Source: Lama glama (Eukaryota). From it: DNA of 64,000 nt. The stretch spans positions 59,026,001 through 59,090,000 of the forward strand of contig CM052816.1 of NCBI GenBank assembly GCA_028534125.1, in the 5' to 3' direction. The notes beneath the pieces are model-generated. The model was given only the letters and a program-made list of their open reading frames with translations, made no database searches and was not told the origin of the DNA. Shown here one piece after another: positions 1 to 12,469 of the stretch; position 1 is the first letter of the stretch; each line of letters opens with the position of its first letter. Both the position numbers and the translations under genes were made by a program.

Positions 1-6
1 GTGAGT
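1..6 (+). other. Possible 5' splice donor (GTGAGT) at the first base of the window
   Basis: The window opens with GTGAGT, matching the GTRAGT donor consensus. The upstream exon is not visible. Confidence 0.35.
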
Positions 7-589
7 GGACTCCTTGCCCCACCAGACACAAGGCCTTCTGCAAGTTGCCTTCTGGAGGTCAAAGAGATAGCTGCTCTTCCTCTTATCCTAAGGAAACCCC
101 TCCTTCACCCACAGCTGTGATAGAACTGAGGCCCCAGGTTACCCTTCCTGATGTATCAGGAGCTACAAATGGCCACAGTGAGGACTCTGGGGTCTTGGAG
201 CCCTCTTCATGTTGTTAATTTTGTTTCCTCCCATCTCTGTTTCCCTGTGGTGCTTAGTAGTAAACCTCTAAAAGGAAAACAAATCCCCTGTGCTCTTTTT
301 CGGGGGCTACAAGAAAGTGAGAGAACAGCCCCTTAACAGGGGCTCCCCTTAACAGCCGATCTAGGAGAAGGGGGAGAGGAACCCTAAGAAGCAGAGTGGG
401 TAGTGGAGGCCTTGAGAGAGCGTGCAAAGCTGAGGCCTGGATTTGGGGCCTGCTTTAAACTGCAAAAGGAATGATGGGAGCTTGCCTAAGCCGGAAGCAA
501 CCGCAGGCATGTCCTTGACCTATGACCCCCTCAAGCCAGGTTTAATCAAAAACTTCCATGGCCAAGTCACTCTCTGCCAGGACATTATG

Positions 590-715
590 CCGAGGGTGTT
601 CCATATGTTACATCTCATCCTCCAAAAGGTCCTACAGGGTCATTGTCACTCCCACTTTGCAGCTGAAACCAAAGCTCTGGCTAGAATTTGCCCTCAAGAA
701 TGTCTGATGAAACCT
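590..715 (-). mobile_element. MIR SINE fragment
   Basis: Degenerate reverse-strand MIR core: ctcccactttgcagctgaaaccaaagctc...aatttgccctcaag. Confidence 0.5.
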
Positions 716-1300
716 GTCTGTTTTTGCCCTACTGAGGGCTCCAAATGGTCTTTCCTCATGTCTTTTCATGAAATTGTCCTATTTTCTCAACTCTCTTAAT
801 TCAGCTAGCAATCCCAAATCAGCGAGGGCTGACAGGCCAATTCTTCGTGAAGTGGTAAAGACTGAAAATCACTAAGTCACTCCCCTCACTGCGATTCTGG
901 AAGAGGACCTTGGAGACGGTGAAGCAGGCAATCCAGAAAGTGAGCCTCAGAAGACCAGATTTTGTCGACTGTTGAAAGGGGAGGAGAGAGGGGAAGGGAG
1001 AATATTGGGCAGTTGTTTCTCCCCAGGACCCTTTTCATACCCACTGGCAGTGCTTGTAATTTGCTTATTTATTATGTCATTCCGCATTCCTGGAATTAGT
1101 AAAATGTGGCTGTAGCTCATTAGTTTCCGAGCCTCTTTTCTAAATATTTCAGCAAGAAGTCTCCCTTCCTTGTTCCTCTTTAGAGCAGGTGGATGGGGAA
1201 ATTTGCTTGCATTTGAGCATCCCCTGTATTCCATTTCATAAGTGGGCCAGCTAAGAGTTTATACCAGGACACTGCTTCTAGTTCTTGGGGTACAGGATCC

Positions 1301-2219
1301 ATTTTTTAAAAAAATTAATTTTTTTCAAGTATAGTCAGTTTACAATGTTGTGCCAATTTCTGGTGTACAAGATAATGTTTCAGTCATGTGATACACACAT
1401 ATATTCATTTTCATATTGTTTTTCATTATAGATTACTACAAGACATTGAATATAGTTTCCTGTGCTACACAGAAGAAACTTGTTTATCTCTTTTATATAT
1501 AGTATTTAATATCTGCAAATCTCAAACTCCCCATTTATCCCTTCCCACCTCCCTTTCCCACTGGTAACCATAAGTTTGTTTTCTATGTCTGTGAGTCTGT
1601 TTCGGTTTTGTAAATAAGTTCACCAGTGTCTCTCTCTCTCTCTCTCTTTTTTTTTTTAGATTCCACATATGAGTGATACAACATGGTATATTTCTTTTTC
1701 TTTCTGTCTTACTTCACTTAGAATGACCATCTTCAGGTCCATCCATGTTGCTGCAAATGGCATTATTTTATTCTTTTTTATGGCTGAGTAGTATTCCACT
1801 GTATATCTATACCACATCTTCTTTATCCAGTCCTGTGTTGATGGACATTTAGGTTGTTCCCATGTCTTGACTATTGTAAATAATGCTGCTATGAACATTG
1901 GGGTGCATGTGTCTTTTGAATTAGAGTTCCCTCTGGATATATTCCCTGGAGTGGGATTGCTGGATCATGTGGTAAGGCTATTTTTAGTCTTTTGAGGAAT
2001 CTCCATACTGTTTTCCATAATGGCTGCACCAAACTGCATTCCCACCAAAAGTGTAGGAGGATTCCCTTTTCTCCACATCTTCTCCAGCATTTATCATTTG
2101 TGGACTTTTAAATGATGGCCATTCTGACTGGTGTGAGGTGATACTTCACTGTAGTTTTGATTTGCATTTCTCTGATAATTAGTGATATTGAGCATTTTTT
2201 CACGTGCCTGTTGGCCATT
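1301..2219 (-). mobile_element. Young 5'-truncated LINE-1 (ORF2 C-terminus plus 3' UTR)
   Basis: ORF 1656..1898(-) MFIAALFTIVKTWEQPKCPS...WMDLKMVILSEV...SLICGI matches the L1 ORF2p C-terminus. T-rich tail at the left end. Imperfect TSD caggatccatt (1293) / caggattctt (2220). Confidence 0.95.
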
Positions 2220-2394
2220 CAGGATTCTTGATGCCTCACCCTCTCCTCCACCCCATCCGGTACCGTTGATTACCATCCAGGTATTACAGTGGGAGGATGG
2301 CAAGATAAGTCAGTGAGAAGACAAGTTTTGCAGGAGGAAAATGATTAGGATATTGCTCAGGGGTCAGGCAGGGAGCAGGGTATGGTTGATGCAG

Positions 2395-3015
2395 GGAGGA
2401 CCCATTGGGGCCAGTCAGAAAAGTAGGAACCACAACAGGGCTTCCAACAGAGAAGATTGACTATAGGAAATTGGTTAAACATATTCCCGAAAAAGCAAAA
2501 AGTGAACATTGAGATAACACAGAGGTAGTAATTACATGAGGCCACTACAGTCCCCTAGGCCTGGGGAATAAAGGGAAGAGGTGGGGCTGATCAGAATCTA
2601 GAGGCTCAGAGGAGGGTCTCACAGAACTGGGACTCAAACCTCTGAGGAGGGGTTACCACCCAGCTCCAGATCCCTCAGCAGCTCAGGAGAGAGGGCTGTG
2701 GGGCTGAGGGTGATAAGGCAGGTTCTAAATGGGACAGAAGGAAGCAGGAGATTGGAACCAGTGGTCACTTCCAGGATGAAGGACCATTGTTGAGGTGATG
2801 TTAACAGGAACAGAGACAAACAGGAAGAGGAAGATTGCTTTTCCTGGCTTCTCTCTTGCAGTTTCTCTTTGGTATCCCCCATTGGTAGAGTTGAATATAC
2901 AGCTAGCTTGCAAAGGAGACACGTGGTTTGCAGTGTCCCAGCCCCAGAATCACAGAGCAGAGCATAGACGTCTGGGTTTTGGAGCTGAGAGAACCTATCT
3001 TAAAAACTAGTGCAT
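2395..3015. mobile_element. Ancient solo LTR (LTR78/LTR79-like)
   Basis: The terminal block gtttgcagtgtcccagccccagaatcacagagcagagcatagacg...ggtttggagctgagagaac resembles a recalled ancient eutherian LTR. Subfamily is uncertain. Confidence 0.55.
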
Positions 3016-3159
3016 GGGATGAATAATTACATATGGTTGCCAAAAAGTCACTAAAAGGAGCTTCAAACTTTGTGTTTGAAGAGAATAGTAAGAGAATGTC
3101 TTTAGTGCAATGTTTCCTACCTCTGCAATCTGTGGGACCTTCCCTGTTGTGAATATTGA

Positions 3160-3160
<1 letters not shown>

Positions 3161-3202
<42 letters not shown>

Positions 3203-3238
3203 CGCGTGTGTGCGTGTGCGTGCTCGCGCGCGCGCGCG
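3161..3238. repeat. Compound (GT)n-(GC)n microsatellite
   Basis: Directly visible run of GT repeats followed by two CG-repeat blocks. Confidence 0.97.
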
Positions 3239-4214
3239 GGTGTTTAAGGATTAGGAAGAGGGCTTGGCCTTTTCCATGTCTGCAGGAGTCCACTCCATCG
3301 TGCTGGGACTAAACACTATCACTCTCCTCTGAGTTGTTAATGAGACTCCAAAATAAATGTTTTTCTTTAGATTACACCTTGTAATTTATGATTCAGTCCC
3401 AGAAAAGAAAATTTATTATTATTCTCAAATTCCCATTTGAGAAATGGGAAAAGAAGAGCGTGTACTCAAATAAACTTAATGAGGGGCAGAGCTGAAGGGA
3501 TTTAGAATTAAGGACAAACCCAATTGCCGGTAAACCTCAGTTAAGCCTTATGTCTCCAAATCTTAGAAGCAGGCTAATGGCTTCCAGTTTTCTCCTCTTT
3601 CTTACAGAGTTCCAGGAAGACAGGCAACTCCTAGCCCAGAAAGCTTAGTAACTGAACTTTACATAACACCTGGGAGCAGAAGACAGTATGTGTGAGGAAG
3701 TGATGGTGGGCTGTTTGCAGGTTAGAAGTTAGCATCTAGAAATTGTTCATCACCTGCTCAGTGTGCAGAATCCCTGGAATCTGACCTGATAGTGATTATG
3801 GAAGGGAGGTAAACAGGAGCAAAATAAACATCATGTGAGAGGCAGTATGATTGTTGAATGACTTAGAATGGAGTTGCAACTTTCTGTTCCTTGCCTGGGT
3901 CTTGTTCAGTTCTCCTCCGTCAAGCAGTGGTTAAATTGGAGGCCACCACAGAAAGAACAAAGTGGAAAATTGCAAGTGCCCTGTTTGGTACACTCCTACG
4001 TGGCACCAAAATAGATAAGTGCTGATCTCATAAACAACATCATCTGCTGGCCATGTCGTTCTCTGGTACCGAAAGTTATCAGTGCCAGAAATCACAAGAG
4101 CCAAAAAATTTTCCAAGGGGAGGCTCTTTATCTCATTCTGTCTGCAGAATTCTTGTTGGCAGCAGCTAAGGGTTAATATAATTGAATGCATAATTAAATT
4201 TACTTATCAGAAAG

Positions 4215-4450
4215 ACTAAAGAGCTTGGGCTTTGAAGTCAGACAAAACTGGATTTCAATCTTTTTTCTCCCATTTAGTATATGTGTGTTGTCTTGAGGAA
4301 AAGACTTCCCTTAACCTGTGTATTCATCTTTAAAGTGAAGATAGACTCTCTTGCAGTGCATTTGTGAAGACTAAATAATATGCAAATAAAATGTTGAATG
4401 AGTTCTTGGCGTAAAATAAGCGCTCAAGAAATGTTTGCTGTTCTCTTTAT
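4215..4450 (+). mobile_element. MIR SINE
   Basis: Head gagcttgggctttgaagtcagac, core-like middle, and tail taagcgctcaagaaatgttt. Confidence 0.75.
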
Positions 4451-4769
4451 GATTACAACTGCTGTTAGTAATACTTATTAAAAACTCATTATCTAGTAGT
4501 GCCAGGCCCTAGAGCTAGAAAGATGAATTACACTTAGTCTCTGCTGTCAAAGAATTCATGACGTACCACAAAAAGGTATTCAAGAGCCTTTATTTAGGAA
4601 AAATGACCCAGTTCCGGTGGTTGTGTGTGAACTCACTCTGGGAGACCTTAATCCTTGAAGGGAACAGCAGGGCGATGGAGGAGCATGGCTGTGGATGTTA
4701 GGAGAGAACTGGAATCAGGAGGGGAGCCTGAATGTGCAGGGTTGGCTGGGAGTGATGGATGAGCCAGGA

Positions 4770-4960
4770 GGAGATGGCTTAGCCAGAACACCTGTTTTCT
4801 CTACCTACTGCTTAAGTCTTAGGAAATACCTGAGCTTGATCAATGTAACACTGCCTCTAACTCCTGACTTGTCTCAATGATGCAGTGGTATTGAGCTGAT
4901 GACAGAGGTTCTGGGAGAGACTATTGTGAAATGTTGTGAATTTGTATCATATTGACAACT
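4770..4960 (+). mobile_element. MIR SINE fragment
   Basis: agccagaacacctg...ctctacctactgcttaagtcttaggaaatacc resembles the MIR 5' half. Confidence 0.45.
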
Positions 4961-6789
4961 CTCTTTCCATTAAGTGGCTTTCTTCTTGTTGCTGGAATTG
5001 ATTACTGAGGATAAGGTGTGAAATGTGTTGATGGCAAAATTATTGGGAAGTCCATGGCTGACAGAAACTCCTCATCATCACTGAGTTAGGAATTGAGCAG
5101 GTGGGCCTCGTCTGGGCCTGTCAGCGGACCTTGATAGATCTGTCATGCTCCCAACAAATAGGCTCTCAGCATCTTCTTGAAGAGAAACAGAGTGGCCTGG
5201 TTCTAAAAGGCCCCTTGAAAAATTTAAATGTGCTGCCTTCTGGAAGATGAAGGGTGGTGGGACCCTGAAGACCACAGAGGAAATAGCTGTGTGCTGCCAA
5301 GATTAAATACATGTAAGGGTTATTTTGGGGGCTATCTACTACACCTTGGTAAAAGGAAATAAAGAATCTGTCAATTAAAAGAATTATGAATTTTTCTATC
5401 CTGTAGCAGAATATTAAATCTCAGTTAACATATGTGTTTCTCTGACTAGGTTTCTGTGCAGTGGCTAGTGCTTAGCTGTTAGCATTTGCTTATCTTTAGC
5501 GAATCCCTTGCAAATTTTGTGAGAATTTTTAGGGTAGATAGGCGATCACTATTCTCTTTCATGTTATTATAGACATTTGATAAACCACCTCAATGAAAAA
5601 AAAAAGCCCATGAAATAACACTCCAGAAAAAGGGATATCATGGCTTTTGGGGTATAAATTTCCTTTTTTGTACAAACATTTTTTTTTCTTATATGGAGCC
5701 TGCTATTTTTGGTTGACATGTGCAAACAGACGAAAGAAAGCTTAATCTTAGGTTTAAAAAAAAGCCACTAAATGGTTTATATTTTAGCAAGCCAGTAAAA
5801 TCCAGAAGTTTCCCTCTGGATAAAAAGCTCTTTCCACATAGCATATATTTCCAGAAATAAAATAACTGGATCATTTTCCCTGTGTTCTCTCTAAATTGGT
5901 TTAGCTCTTGGAAAGGGAGCACCATATGGGAAGTTTATATAGTAAATCCATTCATGGGATGCTGGAACCTGCTCTAAGGCATCCCAGAGTCCATGCCATG
6001 AGAAAGCTGTTTGAGATACCCTATAATTCTATCATTTCAGATCTGTTTTTAGTGCTTTGATGATTAAACCCCAATTGAGGGAAGTTCATTAAGAGGCTTT
6101 TATAAACCTATATGCTCAAAAAAATGTTCTTCACTGAAATGGAAAGAAGCACTCTAGAAAGTCAAGTTCTAGGATGATATTAAAATTCATTCAGCAGATC
6201 ACATAGTTTACTATATATTTTCATTGCCCAATTTTGAATAAATTTGAATATGCTTATTTATGAATGAAGTAATTAGGTAGGCTTAATTGCAAAAATTTAA
6301 ATATTAATTTAAAAATCTAAAATTGTTTTCAGAAAGCGGTAGTTGATATAAAACAGGATGCTTTCTCTAACATTGAGGAAAATGACTAAGTTGGCTGGAA
6401 TGCCAAAATTTTACCTACTGCCCTCGGGGGCTGGCTTGGAGCAGAGCTTTCTTAGGAAGCTTGCTGTCTCTGGCTCTCCTGGTCTGATCAACTTCTCTCT
6501 GCTTTTCTTCTCGATTGTCCTTTCTCTTCTGTCCAGAATGCCCTGCAGTGTCTCTCTGGAGGGTCTAGGTCCCTGGAGTAGTTCAGTTGAATTAGTTTAT
6601 TTTCCCTCAAGTTTCTTCTGCTTAGAATTCTTTGTTATGGATAATCTGATTCTCCATCTTTGGTCTGTCAGAGTCCTTGGTATTGACCGGGTAAGGGACA
6701 GGCCTAGAGTGGAGTTGGGAATACAAAGATACGGATATAATGGGAATAACAAAATCGTGGTCATGATGACTATTTGTTATTACATTAAT

Positions 6790-6955
6790 GGCAGTTTATA
6801 AGAGCATTTTTTATAATGACAACTGAAAGTTATCTGAATGTACATCAGTAGTGGAAATGCTGAATATACTGAGGTGCATTTATACTGTGGAATCTGGTAT
6901 GGCTATTAAAAATTAGATATATATGTATTGGCCTTGAAAGATGACCAGATGGTTT
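6790..6955 (+). mobile_element. Old L1M fragment (ORF2 end / 3' UTR)
   Basis: tctgaatgtacatcagtagtggaaatgctgaatatactgaggtgcatttatactgtggaat resembles the degenerate L1 'PKCPS..W.KLWYI.T.EYY' coding stretch. It is cut by the gap. Confidence 0.6.
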
Positions 6956-6963
6956 TTAGTTTT

Positions 6964-7462
6964 NNNNNNNNNNNNNNNNNNNNNNNNNNNNNNNNNNNNN
7001 NNNNNNNNNNNNNNNNNNNNNNNNNNNNNNNNNNNNNNNNNNNNNNNNNNNNNNNNNNNNNNNNNNNNNNNNNNNNNNNNNNNNNNNNNNNNNNNNNNNN
7101 NNNNNNNNNNNNNNNNNNNNNNNNNNNNNNNNNNNNNNNNNNNNNNNNNNNNNNNNNNNNNNNNNNNNNNNNNNNNNNNNNNNNNNNNNNNNNNNNNNNN
7201 NNNNNNNNNNNNNNNNNNNNNNNNNNNNNNNNNNNNNNNNNNNNNNNNNNNNNNNNNNNNNNNNNNNNNNNNNNNNNNNNNNNNNNNNNNNNNNNNNNNN
7301 NNNNNNNNNNNNNNNNNNNNNNNNNNNNNNNNNNNNNNNNNNNNNNNNNNNNNNNNNNNNNNNNNNNNNNNNNNNNNNNNNNNNNNNNNNNNNNNNNNNN
7401 NNNNNNNNNNNNNNNNNNNNNNNNNNNNNNNNNNNNNNNNNNNNNNNNNNNNNNNNNNNNNN
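6964..7462. other. Assembly gap (499 N)
   Basis: Run of N. The two ORFs crossing it are artefacts. Confidence 1.
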
Positions 7463-8039
7463 NTGAGAAAAATCCAGAGAGACTAAAAAAAGAAATCCCC
7501 CTTAACTCCAGACTTTCCTCGCCCTTGACTTAGTTTTTAGGAAAAGAGGGTTCAGAGAGGCTCGGGGCGGGGGGGCGGGGAACCAATACTGGAGTCCCTA
7601 GACTTTTTCTTTCTAGCCCTGCCTGTAGTCTCTGCTGAGCAGTCTTTTCAGAGTGGGTTATTTGTTTATTTTTTCTGGAATAAGTGATGGTTTCTTCTGG
7701 TGCGTCTATGATGCAGTGAAAGCGATTGTCTCCCTATGCGGGTGATGAGGGAATGTAACTCAAAACAGTGCAGGGGTCTTTTAACAATGAAAGGAATCCT
7801 CAAAAATTCCACATAAATAAAATGACCAGGCAGGTGGGGGTGGCGTGGAAATTTTAGGTTTAAAGGGAATCCTTCTGTGATTTTTTTTTTTTAGTAAAAT
7901 ATTGAATCTCTTTTTTGAAGCAAATTATCACATCCCAGTTTATCCTGTGTAAATCTGGATTGCCACATGGAGACTTGACTTTAACTAGAACACGCCTTCA
8001 CTGAGCTAGTTCAAAGCCAATTCCTCCCCTTCCCTGGCT

Positions 8040-8150
8040 AGAAAGGAAACACCATGAAAGCAAAGCCCTTGCTATTTTATGGACTGTTGGTGCTTGAGAG
8101 CACAGAGTAGGTACTCACTAAATGTTTGTTGAGTCAATGGGATTAGATGA
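8040..8150 (+). mobile_element. L2 3' end
   Basis: agcacagagtaggtactcactaaatgtttgttgagtcaatg matches the L2 terminal motif. Confidence 0.65.
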
Positions 8151-9449
8151 AGAGGTAGACACGGAGCTGATACTTAAAATATTGATCAAAGAGAAAAGAT
8201 CCAGAATTCCTTGTTAGTGCTAATATTTAAAAGAGGCCCCTTTGGGTTCAAATGGAAGGAATTTGGGGTCCTAACATTAGAGCACTGTTCTGTACTCAGT
8301 ATTAATTTTGAACCCAGTGCAGTTTCTCCAGACCAATGAAATCCTTTCCACATTTATGTAGGCCACAAACAGAGTCCACACAGAGGAGGCTACCTGGGGA
8401 TACTGGATCATGTGTTCTGGTTGGCTTTCTTTTTCTGTGTCAGGACATGGTTGTAAATTCATGCACAGGGCATGAACTGTCAACGTTTCCATTTACAGTC
8501 CTCCTTGTTCCATGCCCTGACCTTCCCTCATGAACGTTTAAGTGGGAACTGATATGGGGTGGGGGTGAAGGGGGCACCATTAAATGGAAACACGGTCCTG
8601 CTGTATCTCTCACTTACAGTGAAGCTGGAGGCACAGGCGCCCATAACACCACTCCCTTGTTCAAGTTACACTCGGGGAAAACCAGAGCCACATGTTTGAG
8701 TGTCACCTTCTGAGCTCCTGTTTCCAGATTCAAGCTGAGCTGACACGTGGTGTACACGATTTCAACTCAGGAGCAGATTTGACTGAATCCGCAGGGCATC
8801 TGAGTTACATGAGGACAAAATGAGAAACAGACGTGACTGCAGGTGCTTTCTGCCCTGCTCTTGTAGAACTAACTCAAAGGTGTCTTTGATTTCAGTAAGA
8901 AATTTGGCAGCGAGCTTGTCCATAAAAGCACTTTAATTGCATTGGTTTTTGGTAAAAGGGCTTCTCTCTCCTCCCACCTCTCTCTCACCCCACGCATTCA
9001 AATAGGCATAAAACTCCCATCAGAAAGAGTAGAATGACTGTGGTAAAAATAAAATTTAAATTAAAGGCCAATCTCAGTAACTTGTAAGTTTCCCATTCTC
9101 CCTGTAAATGGCCATCGGTTTTCGTGCTTTGGATAGCCCGCTTTTAAATAGGTAATAATTACCCAATAGTTTGTGATGGCTCCAAACCTATTGTGTAAAT
9201 AATATGGTTTGTAAATGTATTAATAAATAAATATTTAACCAGTAAACCAAAACAGCTTCAAAGAACTCAGTCAACTTTAACAGGGACATAATACATTTTT
9301 AAAATTTTTCCAAAATAAGGATTTGTTCAGTAAACTTTAACTGTTCATGGCTCAAGAAAGAGCATGCTACCTTTATGCCTGAAAACGTTTCTAGCAAGGT
9401 CCTCAATTCCTGGACCAAAGGTTGTGAGTGACTGATACAAAGCTGCCCC

Positions 9450-9555
9450 ACTGTTGCCCCCTGGGTTGAGACCTTGGAGGGACTCTTTTTGTATTCTCAA
9501 GACTGAGCATTTAGAAGGTGCTTAATAAATGTAAAAAGATGAGAGTGATGAATAA
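9450..9555 (+). mobile_element. L2 3' end
   Basis: gaaggtgcttaataaatgtaaaaagatgagagtgatgaat. Confidence 0.5.
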
Positions 9556-9654
9556 GATTCAGTTTGGGGTCTGGGTGGGTTGAATACCATTCACAGTGAA
9601 GTGGCCTATTTTAACCACCTATAGGAAGGAGAGAAAGCCTGCTTCACCTTTCAG

Positions 9655-9775
9655 CATAGGCTTGTTGACCTTGGGCAAGACATAGTATGCCTCTGGACTT
9701 CAGTTGCCTCATCTGTGCAATGAGGGGATGGTCTAAATGACCTCCATGGTCCCCCCTGATTATAATTTAGGATAC
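9655..9775 (+). mobile_element. MIR (MIR3/MIRc-like)
   Basis: gaccttgggcaag...cttcagttgcctcatctgtgcaatgaggggatggtctaaatgacctcc. Confidence 0.75.
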
Positions 9776-9917
9776 AACTCCATGGGAAGATTGGGTTTTA
9801 CTGTGTGCCTTAGGAATTTTTTACCAGATAGTCTACAAAAACTTAAAATTTTCCATAGCCCAAAGCTGCTACACTTGTATGAAGATTACGCACTTTTCTG
9901 ACTTAGATACCCTGAAT

Positions 9918-10036
9918 CAGGGTAGCCTAAATTTGGTTTCACAGGTGGTGCACTGCACAGCTCCAGAGGGCACTATTCACATAGATTATAAAGTGAATGC
10001 CCCCACCCCCAAGTTATGCAATGTTGCTGCTTTGCC
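9918..10036. mobile_element. MER91A-like palindromic hAT MITE
   Basis: caggg...caggtggtgcactgcacagctccagagggcactattcacatagattataaagtgaatgccc matches the recalled MER91A centre (attcac...gtgaat inverted repeat). Confidence 0.7.
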
Positions 10037-11519
10037 TTAAATATACAGTGTATTTTCTTTCTGGCTAGTGAACAGATTCATGTTGTTAGTTTTTTTTTTT
10101 TTTTTTTTTTTGGCCTATGTTTGTTGGGATTCTGCCAGCTTCTTCCTTCATAGTCCTTTTCCGAGAAGACTCTTCCCTGATTCTTTCCCAAGCCTTGATT
10201 AGAATGAAGCTAACATTTAATTTAGAAGGTAATCATTCTCACTCTCACTTCTGCTCTAAAAATGAGGGAGAAAAAGCCCAGAATTGGGGCATCAAGCTAT
10301 TTCGTTGCCCCTTACCTGGCATTGTGCATGCAGGGTAGAATGGCTTCAGATGGTGATAGAATATAGGTTTTTGGTGGCCTGGGGGCTAGGTAGCTCTATA
10401 TTTTGTATGTTTCTAGTATAGAAAAGAATCAGAAATAGACCATTGTTTTTAGAAACTCTGCATACGGGTTTGGCTAACGGGATATTCCGTCTTGCATAGT
10501 GGTGTGAGTTTGATTTTGAACTAGGGTGATCCCATCCCTCAGCAGGCTCCAGGCTCGGTGGCCTGGGGAGGACACACGTGGAATGATAACTGATTGCTTC
10601 TCTGCTCCCACACCCAGAAGAGACAAAGACTGCTGGGGTTTGCTCAAGCCAGTCCTCTCCCTTGTGGGAGCGGAACCTGGCTCTTTAAAAAAACATTATT
10701 GCTTGAAAATAACAAGTAGGAGCTGAAGTGCTTTTCAGCTAATGGGTAGAAACTAGCTCTTCCTTACTGAAGTCCAATTAATATTTAAAGCCTGGATTCT
10801 GGGCTTCAAGATGTTCTCAGGAATTTAGTGGAGTTTTCACCACTGGCTCCCGTTGAGAATTTTTTTGTACCTGTGTACCCACCACCAGAGCTTGTTTCCC
10901 TTTGCTGGTAGCACTGCCTGTCCAGATTGTTTAACTCAAAAGATGAGATTATTTGATATTGAAAGACCTGTCTGATCAGGCTGCCCATATGCATGAGCTT
11001 TTAAGAATGCCTGGGTCAACATCCTTAGAGCAATGTTTAAGCTGAAACATGGAGCCTGAAACCTCTTCATCAACAGAATTCTGACTACTTAATCTCCTCT
11101 GATGTTTGTATGTTGACCCTGACTAATCTATCAGTAATAGCAATAGAATTATTTACCCCAGAAATGATACCTTTTATTGAGATCTTGCTTTACCTGATCG
11201 CTAATCTGTACCCAGACCTGCAAGGTCGTGGATAGTATTATCCCTGGTTTACAGGAGAAGATAGTGAATCTCGAGAGGAAGGCATTTGCTCAAGACAGCG
11301 TCAGTCTTCAAGGCCAAGAGTAAAGCCTGGCTCCATCCTTCAAGCCACGTTGCTTTTCCTGCCTACATTCCAGTTAACACAAGTCTTTCACCTCCCCCTG
11401 TGTTATTCCCTATCTTGGCCCAGGCCATTCTCCAGTCTCAGGTCATTTGTGGGTATACTGTTGGCCTCTTCCCACTGCTCCTAGGATCCTTCCGTCTTTC
11501 CACGAGGTTCATTTCCTTG

Positions 11520-11710
11520 GCCATTTTCTGGTTATGTGATCTTGAGAAAGTTATTATGTTCTCTAACCTGAAGTGTCCTCGCCTATGTAATGCATACAAA
11601 ATTATATCCATCTCAGGATAGGTTTTTATTCAAGGCTTAAATGTGATGAGGTCCATGACACCTTTAGCACAGTGCTTACCACATATAGGGCCTCAATAAG
11701 GGACCTTGTG
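11520..11710 (+). mobile_element. MIR SINE
   Basis: gttatgtgatcttgagaaagtta...ttagcacagtgcttaccacatatagggcctcaataa. Confidence 0.75.
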
Positions 11711-11749
11711 TAGAGCAGGCACTCGGATCTTGTGGAATTGATGCCACGT

Positions 11750-11990
11750 TCAAATTCCTGCCACTCAGTGTCTCTCCCAGCTCTACCTCCTTCCCTTTGC
11801 ATTGTTGATGCACTAACTCAGATTATCATGACTTAGTGCTTCTAATTTTTCTCCTCCTATCAGTTTTTTTCCTTTCATATTCTATACCACACATTTCTGA
11901 AAAAATAATTTTACTAAAGCAAAGCTCTGATCATATCACTTTTCTGCCATGAAACCTTCAGTGGCATCAAACTGCCCCTTGACTTGAGCT
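11750..11990 (+). mobile_element. L2 fragment
   Basis: aaagcaaagctctgatcatatcacttttctgccatgaaaccttcagtggc is a typical L2 3'-region motif. Confidence 0.65.
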
Positions 11991-12469
11991 AACACAAGGT
12001 GGTAATATTCCAACTGAAATGTCCCAATGTGTCTCTTCCCACTGCCTAAATAGACAGACCCTCACTAGGTTAAAGTTTATCCTAGATATAGGATCATATC
12101 TGCCCTGCCATCTCTTCTTGCAGAAGCTGCTACACCCACAGCCTTTGTTGAACAACACAGAAGCACAACTGGTTTGACCAGAGTTGGGCCCCGATTTAAA
12201 GGTTGCCAATTCATAAGCTGGTTAGTGATCTATAGTGGCTGACCCAGCTCCAGAAGATGAAATGCTCCAGTTAGATTTTGTCTTGGGAATATCGACTAAA
12301 ACCTAGAAAGAATTTTCTAGCTAACAAAAGAGATTGAAGCAAAAAAAAAAAAAAAAAAAAAGAGCAATGCTAATGGGGACATGGCAAACCAAATAAAGGA
12401 GAAGCAAAAATGGCAGGCAAGGAGAGTTAGCTTGGCTTAGAACATGTTTGCCCTCAACAAATATTTTAA

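Noticed and set aside
6928..7533. 201-aa and 181-aa ORFs
   Set aside because: Artefacts of translating through the N gap.
10100..10340. Possible ancient LTR fragment (a similar case lies at about 12000-12440)
   Set aside because: The resemblance is too weak to assign a family or boundaries by eye.
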